A model generated the notes under the pieces. The model saw nothing but the letters and a program-made list of their open reading frames with translations, was not told the origin of the DNA and made no database searches. DNA of 64,000 nt from an uncultured delta proteobacterium (GTDB lineage Bacteria > Desulfobacterota > Desulfobacteria > Desulfobacterales > SpSt-501): assembly GCA_963828345.1 (NCBI GenBank), contig CAWHEZ010000029.1, positions 69,582-133,581 on the forward strand. The letters run 5' to 3'. Positions 14,887 to 23,974 of the stretch are shown piece by piece (within the stretch, counting starts at the first letter, position 1; every line of letters begins with the position of its first letter). Made by a program: the position numbers and the translations under genes.

Positions 14887-15714
14887 TTACTTCGCATTCG
14901 GGGTGAACAATGGCTTCCCCATCACCTTGAAATCCCGGATGACCTTCTGCCCTTCGGCTCCGGCGATCCACGCGCTGAAGGCCTGCGCCAGGTCGAGCTT
15001 CGCCTTGGGGCACTTGGCCGGGTTCACGGCGATCACCGCGTACTGGTTCAACAGGGTCTGGTCGCCCTCGACCAGGATCTTGAGCGGCGGGTTCCCGCCC
15101 AGGGTGTTCTCGTACTTGATGTAGGTGCCGCGGTCGGCGAGCGTGTATCCGTTCTTCTCGGCCGCGATCGTGATGGTGGCCATCATGCCCTGGCCGGCCT
15201 GGGCGTACCAGGACTCCTTTTCCGGCACCGCGAGCCCGGCCGCCTTCCAGAGGTCCAGCTCCATCATGTGAGTGCCGGACTTGTCCCCGCGGCTGACGAA
15301 ACCGGCCTTTTTCGCGGCAACGGCCTCCAGAGCCTGCTTCACGCTCCGGCCCTTGACGCCGGCCGGGTCGGCCGCCGGGCCGACGATGACGAAGTCGTTG
15401 TACATGATCTCCCGGCGGTCGAGGCCGAAGCCGTCGGCCACGAACTTCTTCTCGGCGTCGGGGGCGTGAACCATGAGCACGTCCACGTCGCAGTTCTCGC
15501 CCAGCTTCAGCGCCTTGCCGGTGCCGGTGGCCGTCCAGCGCAGCTCGATGCCGCTCGCCTTCTTGAACTCCGGCGCCAGCACGTTGAGCAGCCCCGTGTC
15601 CTCCGTGCTGGTCGTGGTCGCCATCAGCAGCACTTTGTCCTGGGCGACAGCAACGCCCGCCAACAGCAGCAGGGTTGCCAACAGGCTCATCAACTGGATG
15701 AATCTGACGTTCAT
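14887..15714 (-). CDS. tupA: Tungstate ABC transporter substrate-binding protein TupA
   Basis: Signal peptide, then the TTTSTEDTGLL motif and SRGDKSGTH. Confidence 0.85.
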   Translation of the reverse strand: MNVRFIQLMSLLATLLLLAGVAVAQDKVLLMATTTSTEDTGLLNVLAPEFKKASGIELRWTATGTGKALKLGENCDVDVLMVHAPDAEKKFVADGFGLDRREIMYNDFVIVGPAADPAGVKGRSVKQALEAVAAKKAGFVSRGDKSGTHMMELDLWKAAGLAVPEKESWYAQAGQGMMATITIAAEKNGYTLADRGTYIKYENTLGGNPPLKILVEGDQTLLNQYAVIAVNPAKCPKAKLDLAQAFSAWIAGAEGQKVIRDFKVMGKPLFTPNAK

Positions 15715-16658
15715 ACGGCCTCCTTCACGATCGGTTTGTCAGCGACTGGTTTGGGGGGGAACACCATCTTGCCGGTCATGCTCAGATCGTAGCCCTCGAG
15801 CCCGTCGGTCACCATGCGGTGAAACCGCGCGTCGTGCAGCAATCCGAGGAAGCGCTGCACCGCCTCGTCGAAGAAGCGGTCCTTGGCGACCATCAGGTCG
15901 AAGCGCTCCCAGCGCAGCGGGAGGAACCCCAGGTTGAGCATGGCCGCAACCGGCCGGATCCCCGGGCCGACGTCGGCCCGGCCGGCCAGGACCTCCAGCC
16001 CGACGTCGAGATGCCGCTGCACTTCGTTGACGTAGCCGTCGAGCCGCTCGCCCTTGATCCCGGCCTTGGTCAGCTCGCGGTCCAGCAGCAGCCGGGTCCC
16101 GGTCCCCAGCTGGCGGTTGACGATGCGCAGGCCGGGCCGTCCGAGGTCCGCGACCTTCGTGATCTTCTTGGGGTTCCCCTTGGGGACGATCAATCCCTGC
16201 TCGCGCCGGCAGAAGTTGACCATGGCCGGCATGTCCTCGAGCTCGGAGGAGGCGTACGCGAAGTTGTACTCGCTCTCGTCCTCCTGCAGCAGGTGGCTGC
16301 CGGCGATCTGGCAGAGGCCGCGGCGCAGCGCGCGCAACCCGCCCATGCTCCCCAGGTTGCCGAAGACCGCGAGGTGCTGCGAGTCCAGGGTGTTGAAGAT
16401 GGATATCAAACGGTCGAGGAGCAGGTCGTTGCTGCCGGCCACGACGAGCAGCCCCTTGTAAGCGGCCGCATCGGAGGTCTGCTTCGGAAAGTTGAGCGTG
16501 TGGGTTTCGACCCACTGCTCCACGAGGTGCTGCGGGAAGAGCCACTTGCCGGTGATCTTGCTGGCGGGCAGGCCTTTCTCCGACACCAGCGTGTAGACCA
16601 TTTTCTCGTTCACGTTCAGGAACTTGGAGACTTCGCGCGTGGACATCAGCTTCGACAT
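15711..16658 (-). CDS. HTH (excisionase/MerR-type) DNA-binding domain fused to a periplasmic-binding-protein-like domain; putative oxyanion-responsive regulator of the tup operon
   Basis: N-terminal MSTREVSKFLNVNEKMVYTLVSEKGLPASKITGKWLF, with a C-terminal PBP-like domain. 4-nt overlap with the tupA start. Confidence 0.7.
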   Translation of the reverse strand: MSKLMSTREVSKFLNVNEKMVYTLVSEKGLPASKITGKWLFPQHLVEQWVETHTLNFPKQTSDAAAYKGLLVVAGSNDLLLDRLISIFNTLDSQHLAVFGNLGSMGGLRALRRGLCQIAGSHLLQEDESEYNFAYASSELEDMPAMVNFCRREQGLIVPKGNPKKITKVADLGRPGLRIVNRQLGTGTRLLLDRELTKAGIKGERLDGYVNEVQRHLDVGLEVLAGRADVGPGIRPVAAMLNLGFLPLRWERFDLMVAKDRFFDEAVQRFLGLLHDARFHRMVTDGLEGYDLSMTGKMVFPPKPVADKPIVKEAV

Positions 16659-16687
16659 GGCACCCTCGCCTGTTCAGAAAGGCCACT

Positions 16688-16716
16688 TTCTAAGACCAGA
16701 AGTGTTTATTAGTCAA
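16688..16716 (-). promoter_or_regulatory. Sigma70-type promoter TTGACT-N17-TTAGAA for the regulator-tupABC operon
   Basis: Hexamers on the minus strand at 16716-16711 and 16693-16688, in an AT-rich spacer. Confidence 0.4.
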
Positions 16717-16733
16717 ACGGAATCTACAATGCG

Positions 16734-16760
16734 GACTTAAAATAACTTATAACGACTTAA
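16734..16760. promoter_or_regulatory. Three ACTTA(A/T) direct repeats at 10-bp phasing; candidate regulator binding array
   Basis: GACTTAA at 16734-16740, AACTTAT at 16744-16750 and GACTTAA at 16754-16760, just upstream of the -35 on the minus strand. Confidence 0.35.
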
Positions 16761-16801
16761 ACAAACAGAATGGGTGGGATTATTCGGTGCAAGGATGGTG
16801 C

Positions 16802-17461
16802 TCAGGTAGTCTTGTCGGGGTACGGACAGAGGTCGTTGACGGGGCAGGACGGGCACTTCGGCTTGCGCGCGGCGCAGATCTCGCGGCCGAAGAAGATGAG
16901 ACGCAGCGAAAAGGCGCTCCACTCCTTGCGGGGGATGACGGCCATCAGGTCGGTTTCGATTTTTTCCGGGTCCGAGTGGGCCGTCAGCCCGAGCCGCGCC
17001 GAGATGCGCGCCACGTGGGTGTCGACCACGATCCCCGGGATGCCGAAGGCCGCCCCCAGGACGACGTTGGCCGTCTTGCGGCCGACACCCGGCAGCCGGA
17101 CGAGCGCCTCCATGTCAGCAGGGACCTGCGCGGCGTGCCGCTCGACCAAGGCCTGGCTGCAGGCCTTGATGTTGCGCGCCTTGTTCTTGTAGAAGCCGGT
17201 CGAATGTATCAGGCCCTCGATCTCCTCCAGATCGGCCGCCGCAAAGGCGATCGGCGACCCGAATCGGGCAAACAGGCCCGGCGTGACACGGTTGACCTGC
17301 TGGTCGGTGCACTGCGCCGACAGGATGGTCGCGACCAGGAGCTCGAACGGGCTGCGGTAGAACAGCGCCGGCGCAACCTCCGGATAGCGCGCGTTCAGAA
17401 TTTTGCGGATCCGATCGGCGCGCCGTTTGAGCTCGGAAGACGTCGAGGGTTTGGGGGCCAT
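16802..17461 (-). CDS. nth: Endonuclease III
   Basis: HhH-GPD motif LVRLPGVGRKTANVVL and FeS cluster loop C..KPKCPSCPVNDLC. Starts at internal ATG 17461. Confidence 0.9.
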   Translation of the reverse strand: MAPKPSTSSELKRRADRIRKILNARYPEVAPALFYRSPFELLVATILSAQCTDQQVNRVTPGLFARFGSPIAFAAADLEEIEGLIHSTGFYKNKARNIKACSQALVERHAAQVPADMEALVRLPGVGRKTANVVLGAAFGIPGIVVDTHVARISARLGLTAHSDPEKIETDLMAVIPRKEWSAFSLRLIFFGREICAARKPKCPSCPVNDLCPYPDKTT

Positions 17462-17490
17462 TGCAATCACCCGTTGCGGACATAGATTAG

Positions 17491-17631
17491 ACCCCATCTG
17501 AAAAATGCATCTGACGGCCTCATGCGGCGTTGCCGGCCACCTCAACCTGCTCACATACTGGACCGTATGCTGCGCGGTCTCGGCGGCCGGCGCCTTGCCT
17601 GTGGCCGTGATCTGCTATTTTTGAGATGGGT
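17491..17631 (+). repeat. MITE-like element, subfamily E, copy 1
   Basis: Imperfect ~29-bp terminal inverted repeats (ACCCCATCTGAAAAATGCATCTGACGGCC / GGCCGTGATCTGCTATTTTTGAGATGGGT). Core is CTCACATACTGGACCGTATGCTGCGC. Collinear with 42872-43021. Confidence 0.65.
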
Positions 17632-17717
17632 TCTTTCGTCCCGCAGGACGATTACAGGCGATAACTGAATCCGGGCGGCCGGTCAAGCGCCGCGACCGCG
17701 ACAGAAAGGGACGTGGA

Positions 17718-18725
17718 ATGACCGAGGCCGGTCGAAAAGGTCGGGGGCTGGGACTCTGCTCGGGCGGGCTCGACAGCACGCTGGCGGGGCTGGTCCTGCG
17801 CGCGCAGGGGGTCGAGGTCGAGTGGGTCGCCTTCGAAACCCCGTTCTTCTCCGCGTCCAAGGCGCGCAAGGCCGCGCGCCTGACCGGGATCCCGCTGACC
17901 GTGCTGCCGATCTTCCCCGAGTACATGGTGATGCTGCGCAACCCGCGGGCCGGCTACGGCAAGACCATGAACCCCTGCATGGACTGCCACGCGCTGATGT
18001 TCCGCCTGGCCGGCGGATTCATGCGGGAAAAGGGGCTCGATTTCCTCTTCAGCGGCGAGGTGCTGGGCCAGCGCCCCATGTCCCAGACCCGGCCGTCCCT
18101 GCACTACGTCGAAAAGCACTCCGAGATGGCCGGCTACGTCCTGAGGCCTCTCAGCGCAAAGCTCCTGCCGGAGACGATCCCCGAGCAGCAGGGGCTCGTC
18201 GACCGCGAACGCCTGCTGGCCATCAGCGGCCGCGGCCGCAAGGATCAGATCGCGCTCGCCGAAAAATTCGGCCTGACCGACTACCCGGCCCCGGCCGGCG
18301 GCTGCCTGTTGACCGACAAGGGGTTCAGCGCCCGCCTGCGGGACCTCTTCGACCACCAGCCCGGGTTCGGTGAAAACGACGTGCACCTGCTGAAGTGCGG
18401 CCGGCACCTGCGGCTCAACCCGCGCGCCAAGCTGATCGTCGGCCGCACCGAACGGGACAACGAGAACCTCCTGCAGCACCGCTCGGCCGGACATGACACC
18501 GTGCTGGATGTCCGGGACTACCCCAGCCCGATCGGGGTGCTGCAGGGGACGGTGGAGGAAGAGGACGTCGTGCGCGCAGCGGCGGTCTGCGTCGGCTACA
18601 GCAAGGCCCCGAGAGGGGCTCCGGTGGACGTCGTGGTGACGGCCCCGAACGGGGAGCGGGTCGTGCGGGTCGTCGCCATCCCGCCCGAAGAAGTCCGGTC
18701 GCTGATGGTCCCGCTCTCGGAGTGA
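17718..18725 (+). CDS. PP-loop ATP pyrophosphatase, ThiI/MnmA-like tRNA sulfurtransferase family (no THUMP domain)
   Basis: SGGLDS PP-loop at the N-terminus; NPCMDCH and GGCLLTD motifs. Confidence 0.6.
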   Translation: MTEAGRKGRGLGLCSGGLDSTLAGLVLRAQGVEVEWVAFETPFFSASKARKAARLTGIPLTVLPIFPEYMVMLRNPRAGYGKTMNPCMDCHALMFRLAGGFMREKGLDFLFSGEVLGQRPMSQTRPSLHYVEKHSEMAGYVLRPLSAKLLPETIPEQQGLVDRERLLAISGRGRKDQIALAEKFGLTDYPAPAGGCLLTDKGFSARLRDLFDHQPGFGENDVHLLKCGRHLRLNPRAKLIVGRTERDNENLLQHRSAGHDTVLDVRDYPSPIGVLQGTVEEEDVVRAAAVCVGYSKAPRGAPVDVVVTAPNGERVVRVVAIPPEEVRSLMVPLSE

Positions 18726-18809
18726 CGGCGTGCCCCTCGTGGTACAGCGGTTCGGTCCCTGAGCGGCAAGGCACCTCCCGCGGTCGCAATGCATCTTTTC
18801 GGCAGGGCT

Positions 18810-18934
18810 GATGACTGCGTAAGAGGCCCAAGATCAAGGCGCGCAAGTCCTGCGGCGCGAGGCGTACTCAAGTACGCCGCAGCGCCCGCGCGACGAAGCG
18901 CAACGCAGATATTGGCCCTCTTACGCAGTCATCT
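18810..18934 (-). repeat. MITE-like element, subfamily R, copy 2 (inverted relative to copy 1)
   Basis: 22-bp terminal inverted repeats GATGACTGCGTAAGAGGCCCAA / TTGGCCCTCTTACGCAGTCATC. Central hairpin GGCGTAC-TCAA-GTACGCC. Overlaps the last 4 codons and the stop of rlmN. Confidence 0.7.
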
Positions 18935-19967
18935 CGGAGCGCAGCTGGCCGCAGGCGGCGAGGATATCCTGCCCCTTGCTGTGGCGCACGATGACCGTGA
19001 AGTGTTTGGCCACCAGAGCGTCCCGGAAGACGGCCACCGCGCCCTCGTCCGGGCGCTCGAAGCCGCAGTCCGGATGCGGGTTGAAGGGGATCAGGTTGAC
19101 CTTGCAGCGGATGGGCCGCAGCAGCCGCGCCAGGCGGCGGGCATCCTCGAGCGAGTCGTTCACGCCCCGGATCAGGATGTATTCGAACGTGATGCGGCGG
19201 CCCGGCGGCAGGGGGTAGCGCCGACAGGCATCCAGCAGCATGTCCAGGGGGTAGCGCCGGTTGATCGGCATCAGGCGGGTGCGGGTCTCGTCGTCGGCGG
19301 CATTCAGCGACACCGCGAGGCTCACCCGCGTGTCACGGCCGAAATCGAGCATCTTCGGCACCAGCCCGGCCGTGGACACGGTCACCCGCTTGGCCGCGAA
19401 GCCCAGCCCCACGTCGCTGTCGCAGATGAGCGACAACGCGCCGAGCAGGTTCCCGTAGTTGGCGAGCGGCTCGCCCATGCCCATGAAGACCAGGTTGGTC
19501 AGCCGCTCGGGCTCGGCGAGGTCGTGTTTGATGTCGCGCACCTGCGCCAGGATCTCGCCCTGCGTGAGGTTGCGGTGCAGCCCGCCCCTGGCCGTCAGGC
19601 AGAAGGCGCAGTTCTGGGCGCATCCCACCTGGCTGGACACGCACAGGGTGAAGTGGTCGCGCTCCGGGATGAGGACGGTTTCGATGCGCTCGCCGTCGCC
19701 GAGCTCGAAAAGGTACTTGCGGGTCCCATCGGCCGAGGTCCGGACGTCCCTGACCGCCAGGCGCGGGATGCGGAAGCTCCGGGCCAACAGCTCCCGGATC
19801 GGCTTGGCGATGTTGGTCATGTCCTCGAAGCGGTCCTTCTGGTGGCGGTAAACCCACTTCAGGATCTGCCCGGCCCGGTACGCGGCGACGTCGCGCGCCT
19901 CGAGCCAGGCCGAAATATCGGCCGGGCGAATGCTCAGAAGGTCTTGAAAAGTGTCGTCCGGTTCCAT
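18921..19967 (-). CDS. rlmN: 23S rRNA/tRNA A2503/A37 C2-methyltransferase RlmN (radical SAM)
   Basis: CxxxCxxC as GCAQNCAFC, MGMGEPLANY, conserved C-terminal CGQL. Confidence 0.95.
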   Translation of the reverse strand: MEPDDTFQDLLSIRPADISAWLEARDVAAYRAGQILKWVYRHQKDRFEDMTNIAKPIRELLARSFRIPRLAVRDVRTSADGTRKYLFELGDGERIETVLIPERDHFTLCVSSQVGCAQNCAFCLTARGGLHRNLTQGEILAQVRDIKHDLAEPERLTNLVFMGMGEPLANYGNLLGALSLICDSDVGLGFAAKRVTVSTAGLVPKMLDFGRDTRVSLAVSLNAADDETRTRLMPINRRYPLDMLLDACRRYPLPPGRRITFEYILIRGVNDSLEDARRLARLLRPIRCKVNLIPFNPHPDCGFERPDEGAVAVFRDALVAKHFTVIVRHSKGQDILAACGQLRSEMTA

Positions 19968-19999
19968 TATATTAGCGCCGTAAATGTTCCTTTATTTTC

Positions 20000-20028
20000 T
20001 TGACTTATCATTATTGCCACTGTAATTT
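20000..20028 (+). promoter_or_regulatory. Sigma70-type promoter TTGACT-N17-TAATTT upstream of ffh
   Basis: Hexamers at 20000-20005 and 20023-20028, in an AT-rich spacer. Confidence 0.5.
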
Positions 20029-20058
20029 CAAGAATTTGTAAATTCCGGATAGAAGCGC

Positions 20059-21381
20059 ATGTTCGAATCCCTGAGCGAAAAACTCGATTCCGCCTTCAAG
20101 AAGCTGCGTGGGCACGGCCGGCTGACCGAGGGCAACATCGATGAGGGCCTGAAGGAAGTCCGCATGGCCCTGCTCGAGGCCGATGTCCACTATCGGGTGG
20201 TCAAGGGCTTCATCGAGGAGGTGCGCTCGCGCTCGCTCGGCCAGGAGGTGATGGGCAGTCTCACTCCCGGCCAGCAGGTTGTCAAGATCGTTTACGAGAA
20301 GCTGACCGAGTTGATGGGGTCGCGCCACGAAGGGTTGAACCTCGGCGGCGCGCCGCCGGCGGCCATCATGCTCGTGGGGCTGCAGGGCTCGGGCAAGACG
20401 ACCACCGCGGGCAAGCTTGCGATCCAGCTGCGCAAATCGGGGCGCCGGCCCTTCCTGGTCCCGGCCGACGTCTATCGTCCGGCCGCCATCGACCAGCTGA
20501 AAACGATCGCCGAGCAGGTGGACGTCCCGGTCTTCGCGTCCACCACGGACCAGGACCCGGTGCAGATCTGCCTGGAGGCCAAGACCGGCGCGTTCCAGAA
20601 GGGGTGCGACACCCTGATCATCGATACGGCCGGGCGGCTCCACATCGACGAGGAGCTCATGGCCGAGCTCTCCCGGATCAAGGAGACCATCCGACCGGCC
20701 GACATCCTGCTGGTGGCCGACAGCATGACCGGCCAGGACGCCGTCAACATCGCCAAGTCCTTCAACGACCGGCTGGACATCAGCGGCGTGGTTCTGACCA
20801 AGATGGACGGCGATGCCCGCGGCGGCGCCGCGCTCTCCATCCGGTCGATCACGGGCAAGCCGATCAAGTTCGTGGGCGTGGGGGAAAAGCTCAGCGCGCT
20901 CGAGCCGTTCCACCCCGATCGCATGGCCTCGACCATCCTCGGCATGGGGGATGTCCTCAGCCTGATCGAAAAGGCGCAGGAGACGGTCGACCAGAAAAAG
21001 GCGCTCGAGCTCCAGAAGAAGCTGCGCAAGAGCCAGTTCACGCTCGAGGACTTCCGGGACCAGTTGGTCCAGGTGCGCAAGATGGGCTCGCTGTCCGACA
21101 TTCTCAAGATGATCCCGGGCATGGGCAAGGTCAAGGAGATCAAGAACCTCGAGATCGACGACGGCGAGTTCGTCCGGATCGAGGCGATCATCAACTCCAT
21201 GACGCCCCAGGAACGGCGGCAGCACGGCATTATCAACGGCAGCCGGCGGCGCCGTATCGCGACCGGCAGCGGCACGCGCGTGCAGGACGTCAACGGACTG
21301 CTGAAAAATTACACTCAGATGCTGAAGATGCTCAAAAAATTCAACCAAGGCGGCATCCGTCGCGGGATGCTGCCGTTCTGA
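20059..21381 (+). CDS. ffh: Signal recognition particle protein Ffh
   Basis: N/G domain with GLQGSGKTTT, DTAGR and TKMDGDARGG, followed by a Met-rich M domain. Confidence 0.97.
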   Translation: MFESLSEKLDSAFKKLRGHGRLTEGNIDEGLKEVRMALLEADVHYRVVKGFIEEVRSRSLGQEVMGSLTPGQQVVKIVYEKLTELMGSRHEGLNLGGAPPAAIMLVGLQGSGKTTTAGKLAIQLRKSGRRPFLVPADVYRPAAIDQLKTIAEQVDVPVFASTTDQDPVQICLEAKTGAFQKGCDTLIIDTAGRLHIDEELMAELSRIKETIRPADILLVADSMTGQDAVNIAKSFNDRLDISGVVLTKMDGDARGGAALSIRSITGKPIKFVGVGEKLSALEPFHPDRMASTILGMGDVLSLIEKAQETVDQKKALELQKKLRKSQFTLEDFRDQLVQVRKMGSLSDILKMIPGMGKVKEIKNLEIDDGEFVRIEAIINSMTPQERRQHGIINGSRRRRIATGSGTRVQDVNGLLKNYTQMLKMLKKFNQGGIRRGMLPF

Positions 21382-21402
21382 CGCTGGAGGAGAAATAGAA
21401 AG

Positions 21403-21657
21403 ATGGCAGTGAAGATCAGATTGGCGCGGCACGGCGCCACCAAGAAGCCGTTCTACCGGATCGTGGTCGCCGACGGCGAGAACAAGCGCGACGGCCGCTA
21501 CCTGGAAAATGTGGGCACCTACGACCCCAAGGGCAACCCGGCCAAGGTGACCCTCAAAGCCGAGCGGGTCCAGTACTGGATCAGCAAGGGCGCCACCCCC
21601 ACGGATACGGTCCGCAACCTTCTGAAAAAAGAAGGGCTCATCGGCAAGAAGGCCTGA
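21403..21657 (+). CDS. rpsP: 30S ribosomal protein S16
   Basis: [24 protein letters not shown]. Confidence 0.97.
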   Translation: MAVKIRLARHGATKKPFYRIVVADGENKRDGRYLENVGTYDPKGNPAKVTLKAERVQYWISKGATPTDTVRNLLKKEGLIGKKA

Positions 21658-21772
21658 CCGCCGCCCCGCGCCTCATCCGACCTGCCACGCCTGCATCCCG
21701 ACGCGATCGTGCCGCATCCGCGCGCATGAATCTCGTTGTCGTGTTCGCAACGGCTCACCGGAGGGGACGCCC

Positions 21773-22003
21773 ATGAAAGATCTGGTCACTCGCATCGCAC
21801 AGGCGCTGGTGGATCACCCCGAGCAGGTCAGCGTCACCGAACTGGAAGGGAACCAGACCACCGTGTTGGAGCTCAAGGTCGCCAAGGAAGACCTGGGGAA
21901 AGTGATCGGGAAAGAGGGTCGCAACGCCCGGGCCATGCGCACGATCCTGGGGGCGGCGGCCGCGAAGATCAAGAAACGCACGGTCTTGGAAATCATCGAG
22001 TAG
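21773..22003 (+). CDS. KH-domain RNA-binding protein (YlqC/UPF0109)
   Basis: [17 protein letters not shown]; conserved position between rpsP and rimM. Confidence 0.9.
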   Translation: MKDLVTRIAQALVDHPEQVSVTELEGNQTTVLELKVAKEDLGKVIGKEGRNARAMRTILGAAAAKIKKRTVLEIIE

Positions 22004-22006
22004 CTC

Positions 22007-22525
22007 GTGATGGACGAGGGGCACATCCTGATCGGCCGCGTCGTCGGCGTGCACGGCATCCGCGGGGGGCTCAAGCTGGTTTCCTACGCCGAGTCGCTCG
22101 CGGTCTTCGCTCCTGGATGCCGCCTTCTGGCGGTTTCCCCCGGGGGGGTGGAGAGCACCGTGGAGGTCCTCGAGGCCCGGCCCCAGGGTCGGGCAGCCGT
22201 CCTGTTCGTTCAGGGGGTGACCGACCGGGGCCGCGCCGAGACGCTGGTCGGCTACGACCTGTTCATCGAGCGGCGGGAGCTGCCCGCTCTGCCCGACGGG
22301 ACCTACTACTGGGCGGACCTGACAGGCCTGGAGGTTTACGGCGCCGACGGGGAGCACCTCGGGGCCATCCGGTCGATTTTCGCGACCGGCAGCAACGACG
22401 TGTACGTGGTCGCGCTCGGCGACCGGGAAATCCTCCTGCCGGCCACCCGTGCGGTGGTTCGCAAGGTGGACCTTGGAGCGCGACGCATGGACGTGACGGT
22501 GCCCGAAGGCCTCGAGCCGGAGTGA
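22007..22525 (+). CDS. rimM: 16S rRNA processing protein RimM
   Basis: IGRVVGVHGIRGGLKL...GTYYWADLTGLEV...NDVYVV. Confidence 0.93.
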   Translation: MMDEGHILIGRVVGVHGIRGGLKLVSYAESLAVFAPGCRLLAVSPGGVESTVEVLEARPQGRAAVLFVQGVTDRGRAETLVGYDLFIERRELPALPDGTYYWADLTGLEVYGADGEHLGAIRSIFATGSNDVYVVALGDREILLPATRAVVRKVDLGARRMDVTVPEGLEPE

Positions 22526-22528
22526 GAC

Positions 22529-23335
22529 GTGCGGGTTCTCGTGCTCACGATTTTCCCGGAACTGGTGGCTGCACTGTGGTCGCACGGCATGGTGCGCCGT
22601 GCGGTCGAGCAGCGGGCGGTATCCGCGCAGGCTCTCAACATCCGGGACTTCGCTCCGGACCGGCACCACGTGACCGACGACCGGCCCTATGGGGGCGGCT
22701 GCGGGATGGTGATGAAGCCGGAGCCGCTGGCCGCCGCCCTGCGCCACGCGCAGGAGACCGCGCCCGGGGCCCGCACGATCCTGATGTCCCCCCAGGGCCG
22801 GCGGTTCGACCAGGCGATCGCGCGCGAGCTGTCCGGGCTGCCGGGGTTGATCCTCGTCTGCGGGCGTTACGAGGGGGTGGACGACCGGCTGATCGGGGGC
22901 CTGATCGATGAGGAGCTCTCGATCGGGGACTACGTCCTGACCGGCGGCGAGCTCGCCGCCATGGCGGTCGTCGACGCGGTGACACGGCTGATCCCGGGCG
23001 TCCTCGGCGGCGAGGAATCGGCCGAACGCGACTCGTTCTCGGACGGGCTGCTCGAGCACGGGCACTACACGCGGCCGCCGGTGTTCGAGGGCGACGCGGT
23101 GCCCGAGGTCCTGCTGAGCGGTCACCATGCGCGCATCGAACGCTGGCGACTGGAATCCTCGCTCATGCGCACCTTCGTCAACCGCCCCGACCTGTTGCAG
23201 GCGCGGCCCATGAGCCCGGAGGAAAAGGAAATCCTCGCGGGCTGGCAAGCGGGGTTGCGCCGCCTGATCGGGGGCGCCGGCGCGGACGAGGCTGCGCCGC
23301 CGGAGGCGCGGAAATCCCGGCGCAAACGCGGCTGA
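22529..23335 (+). CDS. trmD: tRNA (guanine37-N1)-methyltransferase TrmD
   Basis: VDDRPYGGGCGMVMKPEP, CGRYEGVDDR, SIGDYVLTGGE. Confidence 0.96.
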   Translation: MRVLVLTIFPELVAALWSHGMVRRAVEQRAVSAQALNIRDFAPDRHHVTDDRPYGGGCGMVMKPEPLAAALRHAQETAPGARTILMSPQGRRFDQAIARELSGLPGLILVCGRYEGVDDRLIGGLIDEELSIGDYVLTGGELAAMAVVDAVTRLIPGVLGGEESAERDSFSDGLLEHGHYTRPPVFEGDAVPEVLLSGHHARIERWRLESSLMRTFVNRPDLLQARPMSPEEKEILAGWQAGLRRLIGGAGADEAAPPEARKSRRKRG

Positions 23336-23339
23336 GCGC

Positions 23340-23912
23340 ATGCACCCGGTCTACGCGGCGCTCGTGCACTATCCCGTGGTCGACCGCACCGGCCAAGTGA
23401 TTGCCGCGGCGCTGACGAACCTGGACCTGCACGACCTCGCCCGGCTCGCGCGCACCTATGGGATGGGCGGCGTTTACGTGGTCACGCCGCTGGAGGACCA
23501 GCAGGAGTTCGCGCGGCGGATCGTGAGCCATTGGACCACCGGCCCCGGGGCCGAGCACATCCCGGACCGGCGGGCGGCCATGCAGCTCGTGCGGGTCGTC
23601 GCTACGATCGCGGATGCCGCCGCGGACGTCGAAGCCCGCGAGGGGCGACGCCCGCGGGTGACGGCCAGCGGCGCGCGCGCGCTCCCGGGCGCAGTCCGCC
23701 ACGCCGACTGGCGCGACCTCCGATCGGCGGCGCCGCAGCTGCTGCTCTTCGGCACGGCCTGGGGCCTCGCACCGGAGGTCTTCGCCGCGGCCGACTGCGT
23801 GCTGCAACCGATCGCGGGAACGGGCGCGTACAACCACCTGTCGGTGCGCTCCGCGGCGGCGATCCTGATCGACCGCCTGCTCGGAGGCCCGGCATCGGGT
23901 CGTGCCTATTGA
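23340..23912 (+). CDS. Putative SPOUT-class RNA methyltransferase (DUF-type, between trmD and rplS)
   Basis: ALVHYPVVDRTGQVIAAALTNLDLHDLAR...LLFGTAWGL...YNHLSVRSAAAI. Confidence 0.6.
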   Translation: MHPVYAALVHYPVVDRTGQVIAAALTNLDLHDLARLARTYGMGGVYVVTPLEDQQEFARRIVSHWTTGPGAEHIPDRRAAMQLVRVVATIADAAADVEAREGRRPRVTASGARALPGAVRHADWRDLRSAAPQLLLFGTAWGLAPEVFAAADCVLQPIAGTGAYNHLSVRSAAAILIDRLLGGPASGRAY

Positions 23913-23937
23913 ACATTTCGGTTTAAAACGCTATACA
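23909..23937 (+). promoter_or_regulatory. Sigma70-type promoter TTGAAC-N17-TATACA upstream of rplS
   Basis: Hexamers at 23909-23914 and 23932-23937. Confidence 0.45.
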
Positions 23938-23974
23938 GAGTTTTTTTATAATAGATCGAAGAGGAGAGAGACCG

